Part shown: positions 40,466 through 51,251 of the stretch, piece by piece
Position numbering within the stretch: the stretch's first letter is position 1
Layout: the number at the start of each line of letters is the position of its first letter
Assembly (NCBI GenBank): GCA_963833095.1
Contig: CAWHWQ010000001.1
Span: 320,001 to 384,000, forward strand
DNA from: Vulcanimicrobiota bacterium
Lineage (GTDB): Bacteria > Vulcanimicrobiota > Vulcanimicrobiia > Vulcanimicrobiales > Vulcanimicrobiaceae
Direction of reading: 5' to 3'
DNA: 64,000 nt
Program-made: the position numbers and the translations under genes
The notes under the pieces: generated by a model
Database searches by the model: none
Told to the model about the DNA's origin: nothing
What the model saw: the letters and a program-made list of their open reading frames with translations, nothing else

Positions 40466-41465
40466 CGCCGCACCGTTTCTCGCAGCGCTACTGACGGGCG
40501 CGACCGCCGCGCCGATTCCCCCCGCCGCCGATCTTTTACGCGATGCGATGGCCGCGCAGCAGCACGTCTCGTACGTTGGCGAGGTGCAGGTCCTGCGCAT
40601 CGGCACCCAGCGATCGTACGCGGCTATCTACCGCATCGAGCACCTCGCGCCGGACATGACACGCCGCTGGTACCTCGCGCCGCAGGACCTCTATGGCGAT
40701 TCGGTGATCACGCGCGGATCGACCACCTATTCCATCGACGTGAAGCGCGAGCACGTCGTCGTCTCACACGACGAGGACGCCGATCAGGAGATCGCCGAAC
40801 GCGGAAACTTCGGTATCATGATGGCAAATTACAATGTCGTTTATGGACCCGATGAAACTATCGACGGCCACCCAGTCCACGTCGTGCTGCTCAATAACAA
40901 ATACACCGGGCAGACCACCATGCGCCTGCAGATCGACAGTGCGACACACTTGGTGCTCGAGCGTCAGCAGTATGGAAGCAACGGTTCACCGATCACCCAG
41001 ATGCACATCGAACAGATCCGCTACACCAACGCGATTCCGGCTGAGGTTTTCGCAATTCCGCGCGGGCTTCGCGAAATCAACGGCGCGGATCGCGGAGCCG
41101 AGTCAACCGACGTTGCTCACGTGATTTCGACTGCCGGCTTCTCGGCGCTGGTTCCGAAATATCTTCCCGAAGGTTTCAGCCCGATCGCCGGCGACGTCTC
41201 CTCGGTCAACGGGGTTCCGACGCTGCACTTAGTCTATTCCGACGGCATCCGCACCGTCTCGCTTTTTCAAAACGAAAGAAACGCTGCGGTCGATCTTTCG
41301 CATTACCACGCGATAGCGACCAATGTCGCTAATCATCCGGCGCGTTACGTCGAAGAGAGCGCAACAACGCTCCTGGCGTGGGCTGACGGCACTCGCCATT
41401 TTGCGCTCGTCGGCGAACTCAGCCTCGCGGAACTGGAAAAAATCGGGGCAAGTGTGCTACCCTAA
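40452..41465 (+). CDS. MucB/RseB-like periplasmic sigma regulator
   Basis: Signal peptide, LolA-like N-domain, YLPEGF, HLVYSDGIRTVSLFQ, LVGELS. Confidence 0.8.
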   Translation: MARSSAAPFLAALLTGATAAPIPPAADLLRDAMAAQQHVSYVGEVQVLRIGTQRSYAAIYRIEHLAPDMTRRWYLAPQDLYGDSVITRGSTTYSIDVKREHVVVSHDEDADQEIAERGNFGIMMANYNVVYGPDETIDGHPVHVVLLNNKYTGQTTMRLQIDSATHLVLERQQYGSNGSPITQMHIEQIRYTNAIPAEVFAIPRGLREINGADRGAESTDVAHVISTAGFSALVPKYLPEGFSPIAGDVSSVNGVPTLHLVYSDGIRTVSLFQNERNAAVDLSHYHAIATNVANHPARYVEESATTLLAWADGTRHFALVGELSLAELEKIGASVLP

Positions 41466-41469
41466 GCGG

Positions 41470-41880
41470 GTGGCGGAACGCGACTTAGCAACCCTACTTA
41501 TCACAATGAAACCAGCCTTGGACCCACGCGAGTGGGTTTTTTGCTGCGTCGACCGCTCATTTCCCATCGACGAAGCCCGCCCGCTGCTGATGTTTCGCGA
41601 AAGCGAGGGCATTACGATCGTCGTAGAGCGGCACGTTGCCGAAGGACATGACTTGGAATATGCTTTTCTCGCGCGGAGGATCACGCTACGCGTCGAGTCG
41701 GATTTAGCGTCGGTTGGTTTCACCGCCGCGGTAACTGCGGCGCTTGCAAAACACACAATTGCTACCAATGTCGTAAGCGGGTTCTACCACGATCACCTCT
41801 TTGTGCCGCTGGATCGTGGTGAAGAAGCGCTACGCGTTCTGGAAGAGCTCAGCGCGCAAAGCGCTCGTCGAGTACTCTGA
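41470..41880 (+). CDS. ACT-domain protein (ACT_3/ACT_7 type)
   Basis: MKPALD..EWVFC, FRESEG.T, VGFTA...[14 protein letters not shown]. Confidence 0.85.
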   Translation: MAERDLATLLITMKPALDPREWVFCCVDRSFPIDEARPLLMFRESEGITIVVERHVAEGHDLEYAFLARRITLRVESDLASVGFTAAVTAALAKHTIATNVVSGFYHDHLFVPLDRGEEALRVLEELSAQSARRVL

Positions 41881-42853
41881 GCATTTCGCGCTGCCGGGTC
41901 GGAATCGACTGAGGTTGCGCTGCACTACGTTCGGGCTTGGCCCGATCGCTCACGTCGATCACTTGCGCGATCGACTCGGTAAGCGCATCGATGTCGTAGC
42001 CGCCTTCCAGAACGTAAGCGACACGCCCGTTGCAATACTCTATCGCGGTGCGATTGATCGCAGCGGCAAGGGCTGACGCGGCGCTGACGTCGATGCCGAG
42101 GTCGCCGACCGGGTCGCCGGCGACGTAATCGAATCCGGCGCTTGCCACGATGAGATCGGGACGCACATAGGCAGCTGCGCGTTCGAGCAACGCCTCCCAA
42201 ATCGCAACGAAGGCTTCGGTAGCGATTCCCGAGGCGGGGAGCGGGACGTTGATCAGCGCGTCGTCGCCGATCGCTGCGATCTCGTGGCCCGTGCCCGGAT
42301 ACGCGGGCGAGGCGTGGGTAGAGACGTAACTAAGCCCCTTCCCCACGACGTCCTGCGTCCCATTGCCGTGGTGGTAATCGAAATCGATGAGCAGCACGCG
42401 GCCACCGGCACGCGCCTGGTATGCGCGCGCCGCAATCGCTGCGTTATTGAACACACAAAATCCCATGCCGCGCGTCGACTCGGCGTGGTGCCCGGGCGGA
42501 CGCACCAAGGCAAAGGCCGGTGCGTTGTTTTCGACGGCCGCTTCGACAGCGGCAATCGCACCCCCGGCGGCGCGGCGCGCGACGTCCAGCGTGCGCGCAT
42601 CGACCACGACGTCGCCGGTCGAGAGATACCGCGGACCGGAGAGATCGCCGATTTCCCGCTTTACGAGTTCGACATATCGTTGCGCATGAACGCGTTCGAT
42701 GTCGTCATCGCTCGCGTCGCTCGGGTGCAAGGTATCGCCCGCGAGGCCGCGCTGGGCTAAACGCGCAGCGACCACCTCCACGCGGTCGGGAGATTCAGGA
42801 TGCCCGAGATCGCGGAGATGGTCGCCGTAGAGCGCGTCGTAGACGAGTTTCAG
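41849..42853 (-). CDS. Histone-deacetylase-family amidohydrolase, probable CTG start
   Basis: HPESPDR (upstream of the listed ORF start), [28 protein letters not shown]. Confidence 0.92.
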   Translation of the reverse strand: MKLVYDALYGDHLRDLGHPESPDRVEVVAARLAQRGLAGDTLHPSDASDDDIERVHAQRYVELVKREIGDLSGPRYLSTGDVVVDARTLDVARRAAGGAIAAVEAAVENNAPAFALVRPPGHHAESTRGMGFCVFNNAAIAARAYQARAGGRVLLIDFDYHHGNGTQDVVGKGLSYVSTHASPAYPGTGHEIAAIGDDALINVPLPASGIATEAFVAIWEALLERAAAYVRPDLIVASAGFDYVAGDPVGDLGIDVSAASALAAAINRTAIEYCNGRVAYVLEGGYDIDALTESIAQVIDVSDRAKPERSAAQPQSIPTRQREMLRVLDERFAR

Positions 42854-42857
42854 GGCG

Positions 42858-44399
42858 CTAGGGTTTCTTCTTCGGCGCCGCGGGTGCAGGCTTACTCAGA
42901 TCCGCGATCCAGCCTTGGATCTGCGCATAGTCTTTCGTGCCTTTCTTGATCATCGGCAACAGGCGTTTGTAGGCCTCAAGGGCCTTCGAGCGCTGGTTGG
43001 TCTGTTCGTAGCATTTGCCCGCGACGAAGAGCAGCTGCGGATTCTGATTCAAAAAGCCGTTGGCGTTCTTGTCGAGGACGTCGAAGATCTGCGCAGCTTC
43101 TTTGTAGTTTTTCAACTCGAAGTCGGCTCCCGCGATGCATCCGAGCAACGCAGGAGTGCGCTGCAACGCGAAGGCCTTACTGCAAGCGTCCTTCGAGCCC
43201 GCGTAGTCGTGAAGATATGAATACGCCTGTCCGAGCATCTGAAGCGAATTCGGATCAGGTTGAACGGCAACCACGCGCTTCAGATAAGCGACAGCTTCGG
43301 AGAAGTTCTGCTGACCCATGTCGAGCTGCGCCAAACGGCCGAGCGCATCGACGTTATTGTTGTCAATTGCCAGCGCCGCCAGCCACTCTGTCTTCGCCTT
43401 ATCCATCTGCGGCGGTTTTTGCGAGGCCAAGAAATCGCCGTATGCAACGTAAATCTGGGGGACTTTCGGATATTGCGCGATCCCCTGCAAGAAGATGCCC
43501 TCGGCCACCGAGTTCTTCTTTTCACCAACGAAATAGGCCGCCTTGCGGATGAGAATCTGCACCTTGGCAGCGTCGTCGGGTGCGGCGACGATGGCGTCGT
43601 CGTACGCCGCCGAGGCTTGGTCGTCAACATGCTGACGCGCGTAGAGGTCGGCCTTGAAGATCAGTGCCCGCACGTTCTTGGGATCCAGCGCGATCACTTT
43701 GGCGACTTGTTGCAGCGCAATCGGAATGTTGTCTTGCGCTGCGTACGTTTGCGCAATCTGGAAGAGCGGATCCGGGTTCTTGGGGTCCTTGCTCGCGGCG
43801 ATCGCGAACTGCGCTCGCGCATCATCGTATTTCTGTTCGGCTGCATAGACTGACCCCAGCATGGAGTACGATGCTGCGTCACCCTTGTTCAACACGACAC
43901 TTCGATTGGCGATGCGCTCGGCGTCGGTGAAGCGGTTCGTTTTTAGGTACAGCTCAACGAGTTGCTCGAGCACACCGATGTTGCTCGGATCGAGATTTTC
44001 GGCTTGCTCGAGGTCGCTGATTGCGACATCGTCGTGACCGAGCTCATCCATCGCAAATCCGTCGAGATAGTAGACCTGCGCCGTCTTGTCGCCCATCTGC
44101 AGGAGATGCTGCGTGAGCTGAGCCGAAAGGTCGGGCCGGCTTATCCCGAGGAACTGACCGGCAAGCTGCGTCATCGCATCTTGATCGTTCGGATTCGCCT
44201 TGAGCTTGGCCTGAAGTTTCGGAATCGCCACCTGCGGCGGTTCGGGTGATGCAGTCGGCAACGCCGACGCGCTGGGCGAAGGCGATGGCGACGCCGCGCT
44301 CTTGCCACCGCCGAACAGTCCGGCCTGCGCCGGTTGTGTAACGGCGAACGCCGCGGCGATCGCGACGATCAATGTGAGGACGAGTGTGAAGCGTTTCAA
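42858..44399 (-). CDS. Secreted tetratricopeptide-repeat protein
   Basis: TTG start, MKRFTLVL signal peptide, many TPR units. Confidence 0.85.
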   Translation of the reverse strand: MKRFTLVLTLIVAIAAAFAVTQPAQAGLFGGGKSAASPSPSPSASALPTASPEPPQVAIPKLQAKLKANPNDQDAMTQLAGQFLGISRPDLSAQLTQHLLQMGDKTAQVYYLDGFAMDELGHDDVAISDLEQAENLDPSNIGVLEQLVELYLKTNRFTDAERIANRSVVLNKGDAASYSMLGSVYAAEQKYDDARAQFAIAASKDPKNPDPLFQIAQTYAAQDNIPIALQQVAKVIALDPKNVRALIFKADLYARQHVDDQASAAYDDAIVAAPDDAAKVQILIRKAAYFVGEKKNSVAEGIFLQGIAQYPKVPQIYVAYGDFLASQKPPQMDKAKTEWLAALAIDNNNVDALGRLAQLDMGQQNFSEAVAYLKRVVAVQPDPNSLQMLGQAYSYLHDYAGSKDACSKAFALQRTPALLGCIAGADFELKNYKEAAQIFDVLDKNANGFLNQNPQLLFVAGKCYEQTNQRSKALEAYKRLLPMIKKGTKDYAQIQGWIADLSKPAPAAPKKKP

Positions 44400-44418
44400 C
44401 GTGTTCGAGATCCTTAAT

Positions 44419-45396
44419 CTATGATTTAGCTGCTTGGACGAGCTTGGTGAGCTCCGGAACGATGGCGAACGCGTCGCCAACGACGAGGAGATCCGAGAAC
44501 TCGGCGATCGGCGATTGTCCGTCTTTGTTGATCGCGATGATCGTACCTGAGGAACGCATGCCGACCTTGTGTTGTATCGCGCCCGAGATTCCGACCGCGA
44601 TGTAGAGCGGGGGGCTGACTGTCTTGCCCGTCTGACCGATTTGCAGGCTGTATGGGACCCAACCAGCGTCAGCGGCCGCGCGCGATGCGCCCACCGCGCC
44701 GCCAAGTGCCGAAGCGAGGGGTTTGAGCAAGGTCTCGAAAGGCTCGGGTCCTCCGAGGCCCCGACCGCCTGCTACGACAACGGGCGCTTCCTCGAGTGCG
44801 AGTTCCCCAGAGCTCTCTTCGACGTCTTTCTCAACCACGACGTTGTACGTCTTGCCGGCGGGTTTTTCGATTGCTTGCACGCTCGCACCGCTACCGCCCG
44901 TTTGCGCCGCAAAGGCGTTGGGACGAATCGTAATGATGCCATAGTCGCCCGCGCGTAACTCGCAATTGGTGATCGCGGCGCCGCCCATCTTGGGCATGAC
45001 CGCGACGATCTTGCCGCCTTCGATCTTGAAGTCGGTCGCGTCGGCGCATACACCGGCGTTCAAGCGTGCGACCAATCGGCCTGCGACGTCTTTGCCGGTC
45101 AACGTGTTGGCAACCAGCACGAGCGACGAACCAATCGCTTTGGCCGCAGCCTCGAGATAGTCGATGACCGGATCCAGTAGATAGGTGTCGACATCGCTGT
45201 CGTCGTTGACATAGATCACATCGAGCGGATAGTTCTTGAGCGTCTCCGCCAGTGTCGAGGATCCAGCACCGACGACGAGCGCGTACGCCTTTCCGCCGAG
45301 TTGGTCGGCAAGCTTGCGCGCTTGCGTCGCCATCTCGAACGTAACCTTCGGCGTTTGCGCGTTCTTGTGCTGTACGTAAACCAGAACGTTGTTCAT
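44419..45396 (-). CDS. etfA: Electron transfer flavoprotein alpha subunit
   Basis: AGGRG, GASRAAAD, QIGQTGK, GISGAIQH. Confidence 0.95.
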   Translation of the reverse strand: MNNVLVYVQHKNAQTPKVTFEMATQARKLADQLGGKAYALVVGAGSSTLAETLKNYPLDVIYVNDDSDVDTYLLDPVIDYLEAAAKAIGSSLVLVANTLTGKDVAGRLVARLNAGVCADATDFKIEGGKIVAVMPKMGGAAITNCELRAGDYGIITIRPNAFAAQTGGSGASVQAIEKPAGKTYNVVVEKDVEESSGELALEEAPVVVAGGRGLGGPEPFETLLKPLASALGGAVGASRAAADAGWVPYSLQIGQTGKTVSPPLYIAVGISGAIQHKVGMRSSGTIIAINKDGQSPIAEFSDLLVVGDAFAIVPELTKLVQAAKS

Positions 45397-45397
45397 A

Positions 45398-46186
45398 TTA
45401 GACGAGCTTCTTCTCTTTGAGGAACGCGAAAATGGCCTGCGCGCCCGACGGGCCATCGGCCGCTTCGATGACTTGGCCCTTGCCGCGCACGGGCGGTGGC
45501 GAAAACGCCAGCAGCTGCGTCTTCGAGCCGCCTTGGCCGACCGGCTGTTCCAGGCCCAAATCCGCGACGCTCAGCGCAGCGATCGTCTTTTTCTTGGCGC
45601 CCATGATGCCTTTGAGCGACGCGTACCGCGGTTCGCCAAACGTGAGCGCCGTTGTTATGACGCAAGGCAGCGGGGCGGTCACATCTTGAAAGCCGGTGTC
45701 GGTCTCGCGTTCGATCTTCAGTTTGGTATCGGCGACTTCGGCCTTCCGCGCGTTGGTCACGAGCGGCGTTTGCAGATATTCGGCAAGTGCGCCCGGCGTT
45801 GCGCCGGTGGAACCATCGTCAGAAAGTCCGCCAACGATCAACAAGTCGAAGCCGATCTTCTTGAGCGCATGGGCAATCGCATAGGAACTCGCCCACACAT
45901 CGCTGCCTTCGAGCCCGGCATCGCTTAGCAACACCGCGTCGTCGGCACCCATCGCGAGTGCCTTGCGCAGCGTTTCCTTGAGCGACTCGGGGGCCATGCT
46001 AAAGACCGTGACGGTCGTATCACCGCCAACCTTTTCTTTGAGCTGCAGCGCCGCTTCGAGTGCGTATTCGTCGTACGGGTTGAGCACCGTCTCAACGCCG
46101 GTGCGAACCAAACGCTTCGTGCTGTCGTCGATCCGCTTTTCAGCATTTGGATCCGGCACAAGCTTGACCGTGACCACGATCTTCAC
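45398..46186 (-). CDS. etfB: Electron transfer flavoprotein beta subunit
   Basis: VKLVPD, NPYDEYALE, ALAMGAD, PRYASLKGIM. Confidence 0.95.
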   Translation of the reverse strand: MKIVVTVKLVPDPNAEKRIDDSTKRLVRTGVETVLNPYDEYALEAALQLKEKVGGDTTVTVFSMAPESLKETLRKALAMGADDAVLLSDAGLEGSDVWASSYAIAHALKKIGFDLLIVGGLSDDGSTGATPGALAEYLQTPLVTNARKAEVADTKLKIERETDTGFQDVTAPLPCVITTALTFGEPRYASLKGIMGAKKKTIAALSVADLGLEQPVGQGGSKTQLLAFSPPPVRGKGQVIEAADGPSGAQAIFAFLKEKKLV

Positions 46187-46243
46187 GTGGAGAAATCGAC
46201 CTCCTCAGGTACGTGGGGGAGAACCCGGCGCCATTAGGGTTGA

Positions 46244-48145
46244 CTAGAGCTGAATCCTCTGATCGACCACCAGAGCCGTTCCGCGCACGGTGGGGGGTGG
46301 ACCGCCTGGTTCGGAGGGTAGCCCGGTCAGGCCATAGCGACGAAGCTGCACGAGAAGCTGCTGGCCATTCGTGAAATCCCACTCGCCTCCGACGAAGGCC
46401 TCTCCGTAGATCCCGAGGACCGGTGTCGTCGACCAATAGCCGTTTGCGCTGTAGCGTCCGTAACCGATTGCCGCGACCATCTTCTTGCTCCAATGATGCT
46501 GGAAGGTCCCAATGATCTGCGGATAGTTTATGCTCACAAAATCGACCGGATCGGTTGCTGGGCGATACGAGCGGTCCCAGACCGAGTCCACAACCAGGTC
46601 GTCGCTAGGCCAATGCCAGACCGCATAGAGCGCAACTTGCCGCTGCCAGCCCAGGGTGCTGTTACCGTCGAGCTGCGGTAAGAAGTAGCCGTCGACCCAG
46701 CCCTCCTGCGACGCGGTGGCGATCGTGATCGGCTCGATCTGTCGCCACACGGACGCGTCGGCGTGCAGTTGCAACCTCCCGCGCGAATAATTTGCGTATG
46801 CGCGATAGCCTTCGCGATTGATACCGATGATCGTGTTGTCTACGGCTTGGTACGTGGACTTGAGCCACTGCCCGGGCCACGACCACGCGACGCTCCATAC
46901 GTTCTCGGGTACGCCGTACGGCAAGATGACATCGGCGTAACGCGGATCGAAACGGTAGTAGTCGATCCCGGCATCAGTGCCCGTCTTGAAATGATGGCTG
47001 AACTTAAGGTGCTCGTACGTACCCGGCGATTGCGTGCCGGGTTGCGCGGCAAGGCCATCGTGGTACCATCCCTCGCCGAGCTCGATCAGCAGATCATTAC
47101 CGTGAGACGGGTGGAAGAGGGCACGGACTCCCGCGAGTGTTTGAACTTGATCGGCAAGCGTGCTCGAGAAGAGCCGCCCCTGCGGCCCGGGATAGAGTGT
47201 TTGATCGGTCCCGAAGAACGTCGTCGTGTTGATCGGATCGCCCGAGGTCGTGATGTTTGCAACTTGCGCGGAGAAGCGCCCGTAGTCGCCGCGATCGAGC
47301 ACGTAAGACGCCATTGCCAAACGCGCCTGCGTGCCTTGCAACACCGGCAGCAAGGCATCGGTCAATTCGACGGTCGATTGCCGGTGCGTCCACACGAGGT
47401 CGGCGCCAAGTAACGGCAGCGACGAGGGCGAGGCAGTCCATGCATCGACGTTCGGTGTACCCGGCCCAAGGGTTTCAGCGGTTGGCACACCGGTCGACGG
47501 ATTCGCGTTGGTCACCGCCGGCGGCGCGAAAACGAAACGATCGGTTTGCGTAAGGTTGACGTACCCGCCACTGACTTTCCATGCGCCGTCGTTGCTTGCA
47601 AGCGATGCTGCGTACGGCGTAATGATCTGCGCGGATCCGCCTTCGATCCCACCGCCCCCGCTCTGTGGAAAATTGATCGCATAGTTGATCGGCGAGTGAC
47701 CCTCATGCGGATCGAGCGGACCCTGCCAGGGCTCGCTCCAGTACATGAGGTTGTTCAAATCGCCGCCATACGCGCCGACGAGCACTTGCGCGTCGAGCGT
47801 CACGCTACGCATGCGATCGTTGCCGTCGACAAGGTACTGCAGCATCCCGGCATTTCCCGGCGTCTCCACCGCGCTGGTAAACCAATCGTAGGGCGACATC
47901 GGAGAAAGCGGCAGACCGGCTTGAAATGCGGCAGCTTCGGGCGGCGCGAGTCCCGGGCCGGCCACGCCCTGCGAAATGAAGACGTTGGCGCCCTGCGCAT
48001 GCAACGAGAAGCCCGGCGTCGGCGAGGGCGATGGGGAAGCAGACGGAGAGGCGGCGGGTGCGGGCGACGCGGCTTGCGCAGCAACGACGACGGGTATTCC
48101 ACACGCGACGACCATCGCCGCAAACCAAAGCGCGAGCTTCTGCAC
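46244..48145 (-). CDS. Large secreted hypothetical protein, possible outer-membrane beta-barrel
   Basis: Signal peptide, SP-rich linker, aromatic-rich amphipathic strands. Confidence 0.65.
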   Translation of the reverse strand: MQKLALWFAAMVVACGIPVVVAAQAASPAPAASPSASPSPSPTPGFSLHAQGANVFISQGVAGPGLAPPEAAAFQAGLPLSPMSPYDWFTSAVETPGNAGMLQYLVDGNDRMRSVTLDAQVLVGAYGGDLNNLMYWSEPWQGPLDPHEGHSPINYAINFPQSGGGGIEGGSAQIITPYAASLASNDGAWKVSGGYVNLTQTDRFVFAPPAVTNANPSTGVPTAETLGPGTPNVDAWTASPSSLPLLGADLVWTHRQSTVELTDALLPVLQGTQARLAMASYVLDRGDYGRFSAQVANITTSGDPINTTTFFGTDQTLYPGPQGRLFSSTLADQVQTLAGVRALFHPSHGNDLLIELGEGWYHDGLAAQPGTQSPGTYEHLKFSHHFKTGTDAGIDYYRFDPRYADVILPYGVPENVWSVAWSWPGQWLKSTYQAVDNTIIGINREGYRAYANYSRGRLQLHADASVWRQIEPITIATASQEGWVDGYFLPQLDGNSTLGWQRQVALYAVWHWPSDDLVVDSVWDRSYRPATDPVDFVSINYPQIIGTFQHHWSKKMVAAIGYGRYSANGYWSTTPVLGIYGEAFVGGEWDFTNGQQLLVQLRRYGLTGLPSEPGGPPPTVRGTALVVDQRIQL

Positions 48146-48201
48146 GTGTAGCGCCTAGATTTAGGTCTGCGCTACGCGGGAGCCTCCGCGTTAAGGCCGA
48201 T

Positions 48202-48327
48202 TTATAGGTGGGGCAGCATGGCGAGCCACGGGCTAAAGCGCGTAGCGCCGTTGAACTCGTTGGCTCGCAGCGTGTCGTCGTGCGGACGATCTGCCGCCCG
48301 GAAAAAGATCGCGAACAATACCTTCAT
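48202..48327 (-). CDS. Candidate 41-aa small protein
   Basis: GAGGAGGT RBS; MKVLFAIFFRAADRPHDDTLRANEFNGATRFSPWLAMLPHL*. Confidence 0.45.
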   Translation of the reverse strand: MKVLFAIFFRAADRPHDDTLRANEFNGATRFSPWLAMLPHL

Positions 48328-48423
48328 GGCAATGACCTCCTCGCGGATGCACCCTACATCATCGAATCGGTGTTTTTGGGGAAAATTCGCCCTATCTAAC
48401 GGTAATCTTACGCGACCCTAATA

Positions 48424-49494
48424 TTACGCTTTCGTCTTTCGACCACGTTGATATTCAGGTGGTACGAATGACTCCGCGCCGAGTTCATCGGCCGCGTCCC
48501 ACACCCAGCGCGGATTGCGTATGAAGCCGCGCGCCAGCGCAACAAAGTCGGCTTGCCCGGTCGAGATGATCTCTTCGGCCTGCGCTGGTTCGGTGATCAT
48601 GCCAACCGAGAAGGTCGTCATGCCCGTCGCCTTCTTGATCGCCTCGGAGAACGGCACTTGGTAGCCTGGGCCAAGCTCGATCTGTTGATCGGGCGAGAGT
48701 CCACCACTCGAAACGTCGACGAAGTCGCAGCCTCTCTTTTGCAATTCTCGTACGAACTCGATCGATTGCTGGACATCCCATCCACCCGGCACCCAATCGC
48801 TCGCGGAGATACGCACGCCCAGCGGCTTCTCGTGTGGCCATGCCGCGCGCACCGCCTCGAACAGTTCGAGCGGGAAGCGCAGCCGGTTTTCGAGTGACCC
48901 ACCGTACTGATCGGTGCGCTGATTCGAAAGCGGCGAAAGAAACTCGTGTGCCAGATAGCCGTGCGCGAAGTGCAGCTCGATCACATCGACACCGAGTCGC
49001 GCGGCACGCTCCGTCGCCGCGACAAAGTCGGTACGGATTTTTTGCAGCCCTTCGCGATCGAGCGCGACGGGCGTTTGCCAATCCGAGTACGGCACCGCCG
49101 ATGGTGCTACGGTTTGGTAGGCGTGCTCGCCGGTTGCCGGGCCGCCGCCGTTCCACGGCGGTGTCGTAGAACCTTTGCGCCCGGCGTGCGCGAGTTGCAC
49201 CCCGATCTTGCTGCGCGACCACGTCCGGACAAACGCAACGACACGCGCCATCGCGGCTTCGTTCTCGTCGGAGTAGAGGCCGAGGTCTTGGTCGGTGATG
49301 CGCGCCTCGGGGCTCACGTGCGTGGCTTCAAAGAAGACCAGGGCCGGGCCCGATAGCGAAAACTGACCGAGGTTGACCACGTGCCAATCATTGGCGTTGC
49401 CGTCGGTCGACGAATATTGGCACATCGGCGAGACCACGATCCGATTCTCAAAGGTCGTGCCGCGCAACGTCATGGGAGAGAACAGTTTACTCAC
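48424..49494 (-). CDS. NADH:flavin oxidoreductase (Old Yellow Enzyme, YqjM/NamA-like)
   Basis: NRIVVSPMCQYS, QLAHAGRK, HFAHGYL, RTDQYGGS. Confidence 0.93.
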   Translation of the reverse strand: MSKLFSPMTLRGTTFENRIVVSPMCQYSSTDGNANDWHVVNLGQFSLSGPALVFFEATHVSPEARITDQDLGLYSDENEAAMARVVAFVRTWSRSKIGVQLAHAGRKGSTTPPWNGGGPATGEHAYQTVAPSAVPYSDWQTPVALDREGLQKIRTDFVAATERAARLGVDVIELHFAHGYLAHEFLSPLSNQRTDQYGGSLENRLRFPLELFEAVRAAWPHEKPLGVRISASDWVPGGWDVQQSIEFVRELQKRGCDFVDVSSGGLSPDQQIELGPGYQVPFSEAIKKATGMTTFSVGMITEPAQAEEIISTGQADFVALARGFIRNPRWVWDAADELGAESFVPPEYQRGRKTKA

Positions 49495-49536
49495 GAAACT
49501 ATCGTACCCACTTGCTTGCTCTGAGGTTGCGCCCGC

Positions 49537-50178
49537 ATGACCTATCGCCCCCCACATGTCCGCGCCGACGACTGCGCGCCCTTGTTGGCGCTGATCGCCG
49601 CTCACCCACTGGCGACGTTTATCACTGTTGCGGAGGGCGATCCCGTCGTTACCTACGTCCCCTTGCTCGCGCGTGAAGAGGACGGCGCGGTCATCCTCGA
49701 GGGGCACCTCGCGCGCGCCAACAATCAGTGGCGCGGCGGCGACGGCAAGGCCGTCGCGCTCTTCCGCGTGGCCGACCATTACATCTCGCCGACGTGGTAT
49801 GCGACCAAACGGATCAACGGGCGCGTGGTCCCGACGTTCGACTACGTCTGCGTCGAAGCGCGAGGGCAGGTTCGATTCATCGAGGACACTGAGTGGCTGC
49901 GCACGTTTGTCGCGCGGTTGACGATCTCGCAAGAGGCGAGTGTCGGAGCGAGTTGGACGATCGACGAAGCGCCTGACGACTACATGGAATCACAGCTCAA
50001 AGCGATCGTGGGTCTAGAAGTGCGCGTTGACGCGTTGACGGGTCTGTTCAAGCTCAGTCGCAATCACCCGGCCGAGAATGTCGCCAGCGTGATCGCGGGG
50101 CTTGAGAAACTCGGCGATCCCGATGCGCAGGCGATCGCGGCGTATATGCGCGCCGATCTCGCCAGCCGCGACGAATGA
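49537..50178 (+). CDS. FMN-binding PaiB-like protein
   Basis: GHLARAN, YISPTWY, VPTFDY, KLSRN. Confidence 0.85.
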   Translation: MTYRPPHVRADDCAPLLALIAAHPLATFITVAEGDPVVTYVPLLAREEDGAVILEGHLARANNQWRGGDGKAVALFRVADHYISPTWYATKRINGRVVPTFDYVCVEARGQVRFIEDTEWLRTFVARLTISQEASVGASWTIDEAPDDYMESQLKAIVGLEVRVDALTGLFKLSRNHPAENVASVIAGLEKLGDPDAQAIAAYMRADLASRDE

Positions 50179-50179
50179 T

Positions 50180-50866
50180 TTAGTTCGGTTCGAAGTCCGC
50201 GTTGAAAAGATAGGTCCCATCCACCGGCGCACACTTGGCGATTCTCGGCGCGTACGTCGATCCTCGTGCCGCGCGCAAGGCCGCCTGGTCGATCGCTGCA
50301 TTGTTGGATGACCGGAAGATCCTGGCATCGACGACGCGCCCGTGCGCATCGATCGTTACCTGTACGGCCACGGAGACCAATCCCAATCCGAGGTCGCGAG
50401 CTGAGTCCGGATAGGCCGGCGACATCGGGTCGATCACCGATGCATCCGCATTGGGACTCGAGCACATCGGCCCCGTTGTCGCAGCGCCGGTTGTCGCGTC
50501 CGCTATGGGCGCCGATCCTTGCGCACCAGGAATGCCGTCGGGTCCGGCATTTGGCGGCGGGACGTACGCGGGTTCGGCCGGCCCCGACGTGCCGTGCGTC
50601 TTGGGAGGGTTTACCAAAAACGGTTTCGCCGCAGCGTGCGCGCGAGGTGTCGTATGGTGCAATGGCGGTGGAGTCGGCTTCGGCGGCGGGGTGCTTATGC
50701 GCGCTGCGTGGATGATGGAGAAAACATCCGGCTTCACATAGGTGTTAGGCGTTGTTAGATTAGGGTAGAGCGGGGTGACGAACGCATTGAGCATGAGCGA
50801 GAGCAACAAACCCAGGCCCAGGTAATTGGGTATCCGCTCGCCGGTCGAAATACATGTGCGTTCCAT
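50180..50866 (-). CDS. Energy transducer TonB-family protein
   Basis: TM, Pro-rich linker, PAYPDSAR...VTIDAHG...SSNNAAIDQAAL. Confidence 0.8.
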   Translation of the reverse strand: MERTCISTGERIPNYLGLGLLLSLMLNAFVTPLYPNLTTPNTYVKPDVFSIIHAARISTPPPKPTPPPLHHTTPRAHAAAKPFLVNPPKTHGTSGPAEPAYVPPPNAGPDGIPGAQGSAPIADATTGAATTGPMCSSPNADASVIDPMSPAYPDSARDLGLGLVSVAVQVTIDAHGRVVDARIFRSSNNAAIDQAALRAARGSTYAPRIAKCAPVDGTYLFNADFEPN

Positions 50867-50894
50867 CTTGTGAAGCACAAACGGGAGGATCGCT

Positions 50895-51251
50895 ATGCCT
50901 GTGACATCTCAGACATTCCGGCAGATTGCGTTGAGCTTTGCGGGGGCGGAGGAAGGCGCGCATCAGCGGCACCCTGACTTTCGCGTAAACGGCAAGATCT
51001 TCGCGACGCTGGGTTATCCCGACGCAAAATGGGGCATGGTGAACCTCACCCCGGACGAGCAGCACGCCTACATGAAGGTCGAGCCGGAAGCGTTCGAACC
51101 CGCCGCCGGTGCGTGGGGCGCAAAGGGTAGCACGATCGTCAAACTCGCGAAGGTGAAAAAAGCGACGCTCAAAGACGCGCTGGAGTCAGCGTGGACAAGA
51201 AGTCGTGCTTTGTTGCTGGCGCAGACGAAACAACGCCGACAGGGCCGATGA
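50895..51251 (+). CDS. MmcQ/YjbR-family protein
   Basis: FRQIALS...HPDFRVNGKIFATL...WGAKG. Confidence 0.85.
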   Translation: MPVTSQTFRQIALSFAGAEEGAHQRHPDFRVNGKIFATLGYPDAKWGMVNLTPDEQHAYMKVEPEAFEPAAGAWGAKGSTIVKLAKVKKATLKDALESAWTRSRALLLAQTKQRRQGR

